NCBI GenBank assembly: GCA_009777235.1
Contig: WRMH01000011.1
Location: 2,171-66,170, forward strand
Direction of reading: 5' to 3'
Origin: Oscillospiraceae bacterium
GTDB taxonomy: Bacteria; Bacillota; Clostridia; Oscillospirales; Oscillospiraceae
Length of the DNA: 64,000 nt
Shown: positions 9,746 to 18,590 of the stretch, in pieces
Layout: each line of letters starts with the position of its first letter
Numbering within the stretch: position 1 is the first letter of the stretch
Program-made: the position numbers and the translations under genes
Notes under the pieces: generated by a model
Database searches by the model: none
Seen by the model: the letters and a program-made list of their open reading frames with translations, nothing else
What the model was told of the DNA's origin: nothing

Positions 9746-9761
9746 CCTCAGAAAGTTGCCT

Positions 9762-10154
9762 TCACAACAGTATATTTTCCTCAATCCATTTTGCTACGCC
9801 GTCGTTATTGTTTGTGTTGCAAACAAAATCAGCAACGGCTTTTACTTCGTTAATAGCGTTTCCCATTGCCACACCCACACCGACGTATGCAAGCATATCT
9901 ATATCATTTGAGTCGTCGCCGAAAGCTACAATCTCAGACTGAGAAATGCCCCATAGTCGCGCAAGCTGTGTGAGAGCTTTTGCTTTTGTCGCATCTTTGT
10001 GCATTATCATTCCCAATCCATCTCGAGCTACTTTCAAATACATATTATCCGTCATGTATTGCTCGATAAAGGTTACGTCCTCCGCAGTTACCGAGGCTAC
10101 GTTAATTTTCTCTATATCGACATCATGTGTAGAAAAGTCAACAAACCTCCACAT
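9762..10154 (-). pseudogene. Cof-type HAD-IIB phosphatase, C-terminal half only
   Basis: GDDSNDIDMLAYVGVGVAMGNA and cap region are present. The N-terminal DxDGT motif is absent. The frame is closed by TAA at 10194-10196. The upstream 73-aa ORF is unrelated. Confidence 0.55.
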
Positions 10155-10444
10155 CCGTTTCTCAAATTCAGGCCATACAGTGTCAACATCCTTTTACATT
10201 CCTCGCATAAATCCGATTTGCCGCGTGACGGTGCGGTATCCCCGATGAATTGCAATCGAAAATATACTCAGCGCAATTTTCAATGTGCCAATCGTGGAAG
10301 TAGGTAAAGAGCTGTCCCGATTTCCACAAAAAATGATAGCTGTCGTCCGGTGCGGGCGGAACAAAAGGCTTTTCTACAAAAGCATGAAAACTGTTATGTG
10401 ACATATTGACGTGTCTGAAAATGATTTTTTGCCAAGAGCGGAGG

Positions 10445-10506
10445 TTCGGTTATAATCGAATAATTGCTGATATAAATATATTTTTCGGTTATAATCGAGT
10501 GATTGC
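10445..10506 (+). repeat. two 23-nt direct repeats, each carrying TATAAT
   Basis: TTCGGTTATAATCGAATAATTGC (10445-10467) and TTCGGTTATAATCGAGTGATTGC (10484-10506), 21/23 identical. Confidence 0.7.
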
Positions 10507-10531
10507 ACGGCGGGTCAATGAAACAGGGAAA

Positions 10532-10930
10532 TTATACAAACCGAAAATCGAATTTCTCAAGAAATTCCGCAGGCGATACCACTGTTCCGTCCATAGGGAA
10601 ATGCCGCAGATTACCCGTAATGAGCACTGCGTTGCAATGCTTCGCAACCTCATAAAATTTCTTGTCGCTCAAATCAACGAACGGTATATCCATGGGTTTT
10701 GCGACCACTGACATCCCGTCATGCTTTATTTGGGAAATAATATCATTTATTTCCCACGAGTCAAAGCCGAACTTCTTTCTTGACAGTATTTCCAAGTATT
10801 CGGTCAGTATTCGGTAATCATAACATGGGGTTATCAATCTATTTTGAATCAAGCTGAGTATCTTTGCAGGATTCCCTTTTTTTGACCAAAATGCAGAAAC
10901 AAATACGTTGGTATCCACAACAACGAGCAT
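10532..10930 (-). CDS. PIN-domain toxin (TIGR00305-like)
   Basis: MLVVVDTNVFVSAF...ILTEYLEILSRKKF...VLITGNLRHF. Acidic PIN residues are in the expected places. Confidence 0.8.
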   Translation of the reverse strand: MLVVVDTNVFVSAFWSKKGNPAKILSLIQNRLITPCYDYRILTEYLEILSRKKFGFDSWEINDIISQIKHDGMSVVAKPMDIPFVDLSDKKFYEVAKHCNAVLITGNLRHFPMDGTVVSPAEFLEKFDFRFV

Positions 10931-10931
10931 A

Positions 10932-11213
10932 TCATTCTCCTTTTTCCTCTCGATATGCCGCTATTTCCGCTTCTATTTCTTCATCCGACATAAATCCTTG
11001 TTTAGCCGCTTTCAAGCGCATACTGTTAAACGCAATCATAGCTTTGGCTTGGCGGACAGTTTTAACAATCTCGTCAAAGTTGTCTTCTGATATACCCATC
11101 ATCAATGCGGTTGGCTTTCCGTTGTTGGTAATAATGACTTCACCATCAGCCGACAGGTCATTCCATATAGATTTTGGTATCGTTCGCAAATCCCTCGCAG
11201 TATAAAAATTCAT
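10932..11213 (-). CDS. Phd/YefM-like antitoxin
   Basis: 93 aa. Its stop lies 1 nt before the PIN start. The N-terminus ARDLRTIPKSIWNDLSADGEVIITNNGKPTALMM is typical of Phd/YefM-type antitoxins. Confidence 0.7.
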   Translation of the reverse strand: MNFYTARDLRTIPKSIWNDLSADGEVIITNNGKPTALMMGISEDNFDEIVKTVRQAKAMIAFNSMRLKAAKQGFMSDEEIEAEIAAYREEKGE

Positions 11214-11270
11214 AATATCACCTCACAAAAACAATGTACCATATCGCATGTCATTTGTCAACGCATATGG

Positions 11271-12014
11271 CTAATTTAGTCTATCCCCACCCACCAACGA
11301 CTGTAGATTCTCCGCAATCGTCCTTTCAAGGTATTGTACCTCTGTGTTCAGCGTGGTAAGCTCCGCGTTCAGCGAGCGCATTTCTGCCCTGAACTTCTCC
11401 TCAGTCATGCCGTCGTCTTCAATCATCACGCCGACATAGCGACCGGGGTTGAGCGAATAGTCTTGGTCAATGAATCCATCCTCTGCGGGGGATCTACTAC
11501 AGTAACGACATTTGAAATTATCCCTTGCCCACACACGTATTGTTAATCTGGCACTGGGTTGACGAGGGGTTCTTTTCTTTTTTGTGGCGGGCTTTGGGAC
11601 GATTGTTGCTTTGGGTTCTTTGATAACCTTATCAACTACAAGGGAAACTGTTTGAACTGGTACTTCATTTTCTAGTTCACTCGTTTCAACAGGCTCACCA
11701 TCATCGGCACTGATGTGCTCGATAAAGGCTTCTAAAGCCTTCCGCCAACTTCCAAAGCGGTTCTCGTATGTACCTGCCGAGTATTTTGAAACGCCCCCTT
11801 GGCAAAAGTCCGTGTATCTAGGCTGTTTGCCTAATTGTATCCAAGTTCTCTCTATTTCCCGAAATAGCTCTTCATTTGTAACGCCAAGGTTTGAACTGCC
11901 CTAATCTGCCGTAGTTAAAAACGATTGCCCCAGCGAGTCAGCAACCTTTCGCACATCCTCAAGCAGTTCTTCGTTGGAAACATTTCGATGGTATGTATTC
12001 AATTCAAATTTCAT
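11271..12014 (-). pseudogene. HNH endonuclease with homing-endonuclease-associated repeats, interrupted by an in-frame TAG and fused to the tail of an N6-DNA methylase (HsdM-like)
   Basis: A single frame runs from ATG 12014 (AGGAGGG SD): MKFELNTYHRNVSNEELLEDVRKVADSLGQSFLTTAD-TAG(11901-11903)-GSSNLGVTNEELFREIERTWIQLGKQPRYTDF...RFGSWRKALEAF...RVWARDNFKCRYCSRSPAEDG. It then changes abruptly to FIDQDYSLNPGRYVGV plus a coiled-coil tail, which is typical of type I methylase C-termini. Confidence 0.6.
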
Positions 12015-12096
12015 GTCAACCCTCCTAAATTTAGCGTTCTCATGGGGCATATGAAAACCAAGTAACGAAAGCTTTCCCAACAAGGAAAAATCGCGA

Positions 12097-12181
12097 TGGT
12101 GCGGATAGGGAGACTCGAACTCCCACGCCTCTCGGCACAAGAACCTAAATCTTGCATGTCTGCCAATTCCATCATATCCGC
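12097..12181 (-). tRNA. tRNA-Leu (anticodon UAG), CCA encoded
   Basis: GCGGATATGATGGAATTGGCAGACATGCAAGATTTAGGTTCTTGTGCCGAGAGGCGTGGGAGTTCGAGTCTCCCTATCCGCACCA. Shows a 7-bp acceptor, a long variable arm, a GGTTCGAGTC-type T-loop and the anticodon loop TTTAGGT. Confidence 0.9.
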
Positions 12182-12197
12182 AGGTTTTATCGCCGTA

Positions 12198-13895
12198 TCA
12201 AATACCGCTTTTATAGTTTGCCGCGGCAGTTAGCTGCTCTTGCGCGCTGGCGAGCGTTACATCTGTTATGTTCTCTCCGCCGGACAGCCGCGCAAGCTCG
12301 CGTTTGCGGCCTTCAAAATCGAGTTTTTCAACATGGGTAAATGTCCGTCCATCCGACACGCCCTTTGTTATCGAAAAATGCGTATCCGCCATAACCGCGA
12401 TTTGCGGCAAATGCGTCACGCACAGCACCTGACGCTCTCGCGCAAGAGCCGCCAGCTTCTCCCCCACTCTTTGCGCCGCAACACCGGACACGCCGGAGTC
12501 AATCTCGTCAAACACCATAATCCCCATATCCGAGCCGCCGAGCACATTTTTTAGCGCGAGCATGATACGCGCCAGCTCCCCGCCCGAAGCAATGCGGTTT
12601 ATCCTGCCCGGAGCCTCCCCGGCATTTGCGGACATCAAATACCACACCTCATCTGCGCCCGTCGGACACAGACCGTAATCTCCCAACTCTCTCGCCAAAC
12701 CTTTGACATCTCCAAACTCGACGATAAAGCTCACGCCCGGCATATTGAGCTCCGACAGTTCGTCTTTTACTTTCTCCTCTAAGCGGCGCGCCGCTTCTTT
12801 GCGCTTTTGCGAAAGTTCTCCGGCAAGGCTCTTTGCCTGCTCTAAGCAAGAGGCAAGCTGCGCTTCCAGCTTTATCAGGTTGCTGCTTGAATCTTCTATA
12901 TCAAGAAGCTCGGCTTTGGAACGCTCTAAAAACGCCAAGGCTTCATCCTCGCTGTGATATTTTCGCGTTATGCGTTTTAGAACGTCAATTCTCTCTTCGA
13001 GCGTGTCAAGCTCGTCCGGAGTAAAGTCGAGTTTTGCGCGAAAATCGCGCAGTTCATCTGAAATGTCCTCCGCCGTATAGCGGATGTCGTTTAAGCGTCC
13101 GCTAAATGCTTTTAGCTCATCGGAAAAACGCGAGGCGTGGTCAAGCTCGCCGCAAGCCTCAGAGATGAGAGCCACGGCTCCGGGCGTATCCCCTCCGCCG
13201 TGCAAGGCTTCAAACGCCGATTCCACAGACTGCGTGAGCCTTGAAGCGTTCAGAAGCATTTCGCGCCTTGCCGTAAGCCCTGAAAGCTCTCCCGGCGAAA
13301 GCCCGGCTCGCTCTATTTCCTCTGTTTGGTATTTCAAAGTTTCTATTTTGCGCTCTTTTTCGGCCTCATCCATAGTGAGTTTTTCTATTTTTGACTTTTT
13401 GTCTCGGAGCGCGTCAAAAGCCTCCTTATACTCATAAAGCTCCCGCGACAGGCCGCCATACGCGTCGAGATACTGCAAATGCGCATTCTCGTCGAGCAGT
13501 TTTCGCCCGTCGTTTTGACCGTGAATGTCAATAAGCGCCGAGCCAAGCTCGCGCAAAGCCGCAAGCTGTATCGGCATGTCATTTGCGCGGCAAACATTCT
13601 TGCCATCCGCCGTTATCTTGCGCAAGACGTATATCTCGCCGTTTTCATCGGGCTGCACCCAATCGGGAAGCGCGTCCTTGTCAATTTGCGAAAATACGGC
13701 AGTGACCGAAGCATAGTCAGCGCCGGTTCGGAGTATATCGCGTGATGTCCTGCTGCCGATGGCAGCGGACAGAGCGTCTATGACGATAGACTTTCCGGCG
13801 CCGGTTTCTCCGGTAAGGACATTCAGACCGCTCGAAAAGACTATGTCGGCTTTCTCAATAACGGCTATATTTTGCAGGTGAAGTTGAGTAATCAT
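12198..13895 (-). CDS. recN: DNA repair protein RecN
   Basis: 565 aa. GETGAGKS Walker A, long coiled-coil centre, C-terminal SGGE signature and FDEIDSG Walker B. Confidence 0.95.
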   Translation of the reverse strand: MITQLHLQNIAVIEKADIVFSSGLNVLTGETGAGKSIVIDALSAAIGSRTSRDILRTGADYASVTAVFSQIDKDALPDWVQPDENGEIYVLRKITADGKNVCRANDMPIQLAALRELGSALIDIHGQNDGRKLLDENAHLQYLDAYGGLSRELYEYKEAFDALRDKKSKIEKLTMDEAEKERKIETLKYQTEEIERAGLSPGELSGLTARREMLLNASRLTQSVESAFEALHGGGDTPGAVALISEACGELDHASRFSDELKAFSGRLNDIRYTAEDISDELRDFRAKLDFTPDELDTLEERIDVLKRITRKYHSEDEALAFLERSKAELLDIEDSSSNLIKLEAQLASCLEQAKSLAGELSQKRKEAARRLEEKVKDELSELNMPGVSFIVEFGDVKGLARELGDYGLCPTGADEVWYLMSANAGEAPGRINRIASGGELARIMLALKNVLGGSDMGIMVFDEIDSGVSGVAAQRVGEKLAALARERQVLCVTHLPQIAVMADTHFSITKGVSDGRTFTHVEKLDFEGRKRELARLSGGENITDVTLASAQEQLTAAANYKSGI

Positions 13896-14350
13896 TTAAG
13901 CATTTCTTCGATTTCTTCGCAAAATCTCTCGGCGGAAGTTATATCTTCCATTGCCAGAAAACCCGTGTCATCTCCGGCGATTGAGCCGACGATGTTCTGT
14001 ATTGCCATGGAGTCAATAGCGCCACAGGCGGCTGGGGCAAGACCCGGCAGAGTCTTTATGACGACAATGTTCTGAGCGTTGGCATATGAGATGACGCTTT
14101 CTTTGAAAATGCTTCTTAATCGGGATTTGTAATTGTGAGTGTCCGGACGGTCGCTTACGGTATATTTGTGCAACCCGGACGGCGTCAGCTCTTTGATCAG
14201 GTTAAGTTCCCTGATATCTCTGGACATCGTCGCTTGCGTGCTCTCAATCCCCATTTTTTTCAACTCGTCAATCAGTTGATATTGCGTGTCAATGTCAGTG
14301 CTTGTGACAACGCGCAGCAACGCGCTTTGCCTCTCTCTCTTTGTTCCCAT
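13892..14350 (-). CDS. argR: arginine repressor
   Basis: 152 aa. wHTH SQATMSRDIRELNL. C-terminal GTIAGDDT-like motif (GSIAGDDTGF). Confidence 0.9.
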   Translation of the reverse strand: MGTKRERQSALLRVVTSTDIDTQYQLIDELKKMGIESTQATMSRDIRELNLIKELTPSGLHKYTVSDRPDTHNYKSRLRSIFKESVISYANAQNIVVIKTLPGLAPAACGAIDSMAIQNIVGSIAGDDTGFLAMEDITSAERFCEEIEEMLK

Positions 14351-14384
14351 AAGTTCCGCCTCTCTATTTTTTTGTGTTTTACTC

Positions 14385-15224
14385 CTATTGTAACCTCGCG
14401 CAAGATAATTTTGCCCAAATCCTATGGTAAAAACTCTTGTCAGACAGCTTTACAAACTGCGCGGGGCTTGCCGATTTGGTTACTTTTACCGTATCTTCTC
14501 TTTGAACGCTCAGGTGGCCGCCCCCATCTACGGAAACATATACAGGATTAGCTTTTTTGGGGTCAATTTTTACGGTGATGATATTATTTGCGGTCAGCAC
14601 AAATGTTTTCGCCTCTAATGAATGTGCGCAAATCGGAGTTATGATGATATTCTTTGCTGTAGGCTCAACAATCGGGCCGCCCGCCGACATTGAGTATGCC
14701 GTCGAGCCCGTCGGCGTGGCAATCACCGTGCCGTCACCCGAAAAATGGGTTATCTTTTGATCATTTGCAAATACCGTCATTTCAACGACTTTATTATCAC
14801 CTCTGACAACCACGTCGTTTAATGCGTAATCCTTGTATATTTGTTTCCCCTCGCGCAAAACCTCAATGTCAAGCATCATTCGCGCTTCAGTCACGTATGG
14901 CGTGCTCCCGCCGCTCATGACTATTTTTTCGATAAGGCCAATGTCGCCCGGCTCAAGCTCCGCCATGAATCCCTTTGAGCCCAGATTCACGCCCAATATC
15001 GGCACGCCTTTTTTTGCCGCGGCTCTGGCCGCATGAAGTATCGTGCCGTCTCCGCCAAAAGTGATTATCATTTCCGTGCCGGTAAAATCCGGGTCGTCCG
15101 GGTACGGGCACAGCACAGCCCGGCGTCCCTTTGAAGAGAGCATGTCGGCGACTTGCTTTGCCGTCTTGAAGTCAACATCGCTTTTAGCGTTTGAATATAG
15201 GATAATGTTTTTTTCGTTACTCAT
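14385..15224 (-). CDS. nadK: NAD+ kinase
   Basis: GGDGTILHAAR motif, NDVVV, TPTGSTAYSMSAGGPIV. Confidence 0.9.
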   Translation of the reverse strand: MSNEKNIILYSNAKSDVDFKTAKQVADMLSSKGRRAVLCPYPDDPDFTGTEMIITFGGDGTILHAARAAAKKGVPILGVNLGSKGFMAELEPGDIGLIEKIVMSGGSTPYVTEARMMLDIEVLREGKQIYKDYALNDVVVRGDNKVVEMTVFANDQKITHFSGDGTVIATPTGSTAYSMSAGGPIVEPTAKNIIITPICAHSLEAKTFVLTANNIITVKIDPKKANPVYVSVDGGGHLSVQREDTVKVTKSASPAQFVKLSDKSFYHRIWAKLSCARLQ

Positions 15225-16009
15225 TATGTGTCCAGCTCTTTATGTGATTTATCCACTATATTTTTTATGTCTATGGCATTGCGCTCAATGGGCATGGTTT
15301 CGGACAAAAAATCCGCGCTCAGGTAAGCCAAGTATTCTATGTTTCCTTTCGGGCCTTTAATGGGCGAGTGCGTTATATCATTGACGGTAAATCCCGCGCC
15401 CGATGCATATTCCATGAACGAGCATAAGACTTCTTCGTGTACTTTCGGGTCGCGGACGACCCCTTTTTTTCCGACTTTCCCTTTGCCCGCCTCAAACTGA
15501 GGTTTTATAAGGCATATGGCTTCACAGGAGAAAGAACTTTCCGCCGCGCCGATTATTTCCTGTGAGCCTGTTTGCCCGGAGCTCATATCCTCTCCTGCCT
15601 TCCCGGAGTGCGCTATATGGTCCGTCATAAGTTTATGTACGACCGGCAGGACTATTGACAGAGAGATAAACGATACATCAATCACGGCAAGCTCCGGTTT
15701 TACCGGGAGCATATCCGACGTCACATAACGGATATTTGTGCGTTCCATAACTTTTACGCGAGGGTCGTTGCGAAGCGGCCACGCAAACTGCCCGTAACCT
15801 ACATCTACCGCATATACATACTTTGCGCCCCCTTTGAGCAGGCAGTCCGTAAATCCACCCGTTGACGCGCCGCAATCAATGCAAACCTTGTCTTTTGCCG
15901 TCACCTTGAAATAATCGAGAGCTTTCGCGAGTTTTTGCCCTCCCCGGCTGACGAAGTTGAGACCGTCGAATATATCCGCCTTAGAGTTATCTGCCATAAC
16001 ATCACTCAT
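15224..16009 (-). CDS. tlyA: TlyA-family rRNA 2-prime-O-methyltransferase (no S4 domain)
   Basis: Start at MSDVMADN (16009), which overlaps the upstream stop by 8 nt. FVSRGGQKLAKAL, DCGASTGGFTDCLL (SAM motif I), FISL. The N-terminal S4 domain is not encoded. Confidence 0.8.
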   Translation of the reverse strand: MSDVMADNSKADIFDGLNFVSRGGQKLAKALDYFKVTAKDKVCIDCGASTGGFTDCLLKGGAKYVYAVDVGYGQFAWPLRNDPRVKVMERTNIRYVTSDMLPVKPELAVIDVSFISLSIVLPVVHKLMTDHIAHSGKAGEDMSSGQTGSQEIIGAAESSFSCEAICLIKPQFEAGKGKVGKKGVVRDPKVHEEVLCSFMEYASGAGFTVNDITHSPIKGPKGNIEYLAYLSADFLSETMPIERNAIDIKNIVDKSHKELDT

Positions 16010-16613
16010 GGTTTTTTGCGTCTTGCTTTCGTGATTTTTTATCTTGATTTTCCCGCTTGCTTTGCTTTTCTTTTGCCCGGCGTGGGGCGGCGGGATTTTT
16101 AAAAAAATATAATATCTTTCCGACGCCAAGCATTATACCCGTACTGTTGCCGAACGCAATCGTCTTTCCGATCGCCTTGCCCCCGACCGTCAACGCTGTC
16201 ACCGTTGATGAAATAATGATGGGAAATATAAGAAGCTGCGCTGAAAAACCTTCCATGAGCCTTGCCGCTATGAGCGCCGCCGCTCCCCCGCTGACGATGC
16301 CCGTCACGTCGCCGACTACATCACTGCAAAAACTGTTTACCTTGTCAGCGTTTTTTATGAGCCGGAGCGCTTGGGCTGCCCCGCGCTGTCTGTGCGTCGC
16401 CATAGAGTTGAACGGCGCTTCATCCGCCGCCGTTGCAGCGATGCCGATGATGTCAAAAATTATGCCGATGACAATGAAAATCGCCACAATCCCAAAGGAC
16501 AATATATAGCCTGCATACCCAAGCGCTTGCGTGGATGCCAGCGTAAATACCGCGGCTGCCACAAGGCTGATGAGCGTGATTTTTATTATCCACTTTACAT
16601 TTGATTTTTTCAT
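16002..16613 (-). CDS. oapA: multi-pass membrane protein, probable OLE-associated protein OapA
   Basis: 203 aa with about 4 predicted TM helices and a DxxxD motif (SDVVGDVTG). It lies immediately downstream of the structured RNA and upstream of tlyA, the published OapA position. Confidence 0.6.
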   Translation of the reverse strand: MKKSNVKWIIKITLISLVAAAVFTLASTQALGYAGYILSFGIVAIFIVIGIIFDIIGIAATAADEAPFNSMATHRQRGAAQALRLIKNADKVNSFCSDVVGDVTGIVSGGAAALIAARLMEGFSAQLLIFPIIISSTVTALTVGGKAIGKTIAFGNSTGIMLGVGKILYFFKNPAAPRRAKEKQSKRENQDKKSRKQDAKNHE

Positions 16614-16689
16614 TTAGCCGTTACAAAAATTCCGGTAATACACAGTAATTTTCAAAAATAAGTTCTCTTTCAGCTTTGATAAGGTTTGT

Positions 16690-17378
16690 ATGAAAGCGGC
16701 GGCGAGTGGAGTAAATCTTGCGGCTTAGGTCGGGCCGGATTTCCCACGCGGCTGCCTCCCGTTGCCGTTGAGGCGGTTTCCCATTAAAGCCGCGCATAAG
16801 CTGTCACCAATTCTCATTGCCCGATTGCCACTTAGTCCGCACTGTAATCCCCCGCTTGCCCCGGGAATGATTCGCATCATGCTCGGACAGCCTAGGTGTT
16901 TTCCACTACAGTCAAACCGTCTCTTAGCCTCTTTTGCAGGAAGTATTTCAAGAGCAGACCCGCTTTTCGCTATGGCCATAGCTAAAGAGGGCGATTTCTC
17001 TATCCGCACTCACCACTCAAGGCAGGCTACTCTGCACACAGCTTACACCGCAATGCAGGTTCATCTCCCGTTTCGTACAAGACAAACTCGCACAATAACA
17101 GGTCTCCACGCAAACAGGGTCGGATTCTCCATGCCATTGGGGAGCGCCCTGAGAGCGTAAGCATGGCGGGGGCGGCGCTATTCGCGGCTCGCCTGCCGTT
17201 CACGCTTCCCCCCAGCACCCACCCCAAACTGGGCGTTCAAAGCAAGCACCAGGGATTTCAACGATATGCCCTTTAAAGGATTTTTAGCCCCTTCCTGGTA
17301 GACGGCAGATCTGACTAGGATACTGCGCCGCCAAACTCACGCCGATAAATCGGCGCAAAGGCGCCGGAACACCGACGC
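16690..17378 (-). ncRNA. ole: probable OLE (ornate, large, extremophilic) RNA; boundaries approximate
   Basis: An ~830-bp spacer between ispA and the membrane protein has no credible ORF. It is GC-rich with many local complementary stretches. The context xseA-xseB-ispA-RNA-oapA-tlyA-nadK-argR-recN is characteristic. The call rests on synteny and appearance, not on a covariance-model search. Confidence 0.65.
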
Positions 17379-17384
17379 CATAAG

Positions 17385-17413
17385 ACTATACCAGTTATAA
17401 ACCCAATATTCAA
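17385..17413 (-). promoter_or_regulatory. candidate promoter for the structured RNA
   Basis: Minus strand TTGAAT (17413-17408), 17 nt, TATAGT (17390-17385), directly after the ispA stop. Confidence 0.35.
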
Positions 17414-17447
17414 TAGTTTTTCCAAAATATATTAATAAGTTTCAATT

Positions 17448-18329
17448 TCAATTGTTTCTGTCCGCCAAGGTTTGGGCGATCCAAGTAAGAAATTTTGTGT
17501 TTTCAAATTTGCCTTCGAGCGCCTTTATTGCTTTTTCTGTTTCCTTGTGGATCAGCTTCTCACACGCATCTATTCCGAGCAAGGAAACAAAGGTTGATTT
17601 CTCGTTTTCAATATCCGACCCTATTGGTTTGCCGAGTTCTTCCTGCGTTGATATGCAATCGAGCACATCGTCGCGGACTTGAAAGGCAAGCCCTATGGCT
17701 TTTGCATAATCGCCCGCCGCCTTGATTTGCTCGGGCGTCCCGTCCGCGGCTATGACGCCGAGTATGGCCGCCGCTGATATGAGCGCCGCCGTTTTCATTG
17801 AGTACAGTTCGATAAGCTCATCGAAGGTGAGCTGCCATCCCTCGCCCGAAAGGTCTAAATACTGACCTCCGCATATTCCGTGAGGCCCTGCGGCTTTTGC
17901 AAGCACCTTTATCATCCTTATAACGGACTGCGGTTCGAGCGCGGAATTTGCAAGCGTTTCAAACGCCGACGCCTGCAGCGCGTCGCCTGCCAGTATTGCG
18001 GTAAACTCTCCAAATTCGATATGATTTGACGGTATGCCGCGCCGCGTATCATCACCGTCCATGCCCGGAAGATCATCATGAATGAGCGTGTACGTGTGGA
18101 GCATTTCAATAGCGCACGCGGCCTCAAGAGCATCCGCCAATTCGCCGCCCGCCGCTTCGCAAAACTTCATACATATTATGGCGCGGATCCGCTTCCCGCC
18201 CGCCAAAAGGCTGTAGCGGATAGATTCAACCAACGTCGCATAACTAAGTCCGGCCTCGGTAAACATTTCGGACAAACGCGCATCTACCATATCCCGGCAT
18301 ACGCCTATTTCTTCAAGGCTACTCGTCAT
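17448..18329 (-). CDS. ispA: farnesyl/geranyl diphosphate synthase (polyprenyl synthetase)
   Basis: First DDxxD-type motif LIHDDLPGMDGDDTRRG. Second motif FQVRDDVLD. Confidence 0.9.
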   Translation of the reverse strand: MTSSLEEIGVCRDMVDARLSEMFTEAGLSYATLVESIRYSLLAGGKRIRAIICMKFCEAAGGELADALEAACAIEMLHTYTLIHDDLPGMDGDDTRRGIPSNHIEFGEFTAILAGDALQASAFETLANSALEPQSVIRMIKVLAKAAGPHGICGGQYLDLSGEGWQLTFDELIELYSMKTAALISAAAILGVIAADGTPEQIKAAGDYAKAIGLAFQVRDDVLDCISTQEELGKPIGSDIENEKSTFVSLLGIDACEKLIHKETEKAIKALEGKFENTKFLTWIAQTLADRNN

Positions 18330-18552
18330 CGAATATTATCTCCTTGGTATTTCCCGTCTCCATGCTCTCTTGCAAGCCTATGACCTTTTGCTCGGCTTCG
18401 TCAAGCATTTTGCCGCAAGTCTTGATGAGCTTCGTTCCTTCTTCAAACATTTCGAGCAATTTATCGAGCGGTGTTTCGCCTCTTTCCAGCAATTGGACGA
18501 TTTCGTCAAGCCTTGCCATGCCACGCTCAAATGATACTTTGTCTTCCACCAC
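18319..18552 (-). CDS. xseB: exodeoxyribonuclease VII small subunit
   Basis: 77 aa. SFERGMARLDEIVQLLERGETPLDKLLEMFEEGTKL. Confidence 0.9.
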   Translation of the reverse strand: MVEDKVSFERGMARLDEIVQLLERGETPLDKLLEMFEEGTKLIKTCGKMLDEAEQKVIGLQESMETGNTKEIIFDDE

Positions 18553-18590
18553 GGTTTTCTCCTTATAGTTTAAGTGTTGCGTATTTGCGC

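Noticed and set aside
10183-10404. 73-aa ORF upstream of the truncated HAD gene as the missing HAD N-terminus
   Set aside because: None of the three minus-strand frames between 10155 and 10404 contains the DxDGT(L) motif. The ORF is unrelated and of unknown status, so it is not called as a feature.
11901-12181. Possible link between the in-frame TAG in the HNH gene and the adjacent tRNA-Leu as a suppressor
   Set aside because: The tRNA anticodon is 5-prime-UAG, which reads CUA/CUG Leu codons. An amber suppressor would need 5-prime-CUA. The ORF is also chimeric downstream, so it is a pseudogene rather than a recoded gene.
16725-17227. ORFs of 66-132 aa on both strands (16725..17009, 16762..17160, 17027..17227) in the ispA-oapA spacer
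   Set aside because: They overlap each other on opposite strands and are Arg/Pro/Ala-rich, as expected from random reading of GC-rich structured RNA. They lack SDs. The region is better explained as an OLE-type ncRNA.
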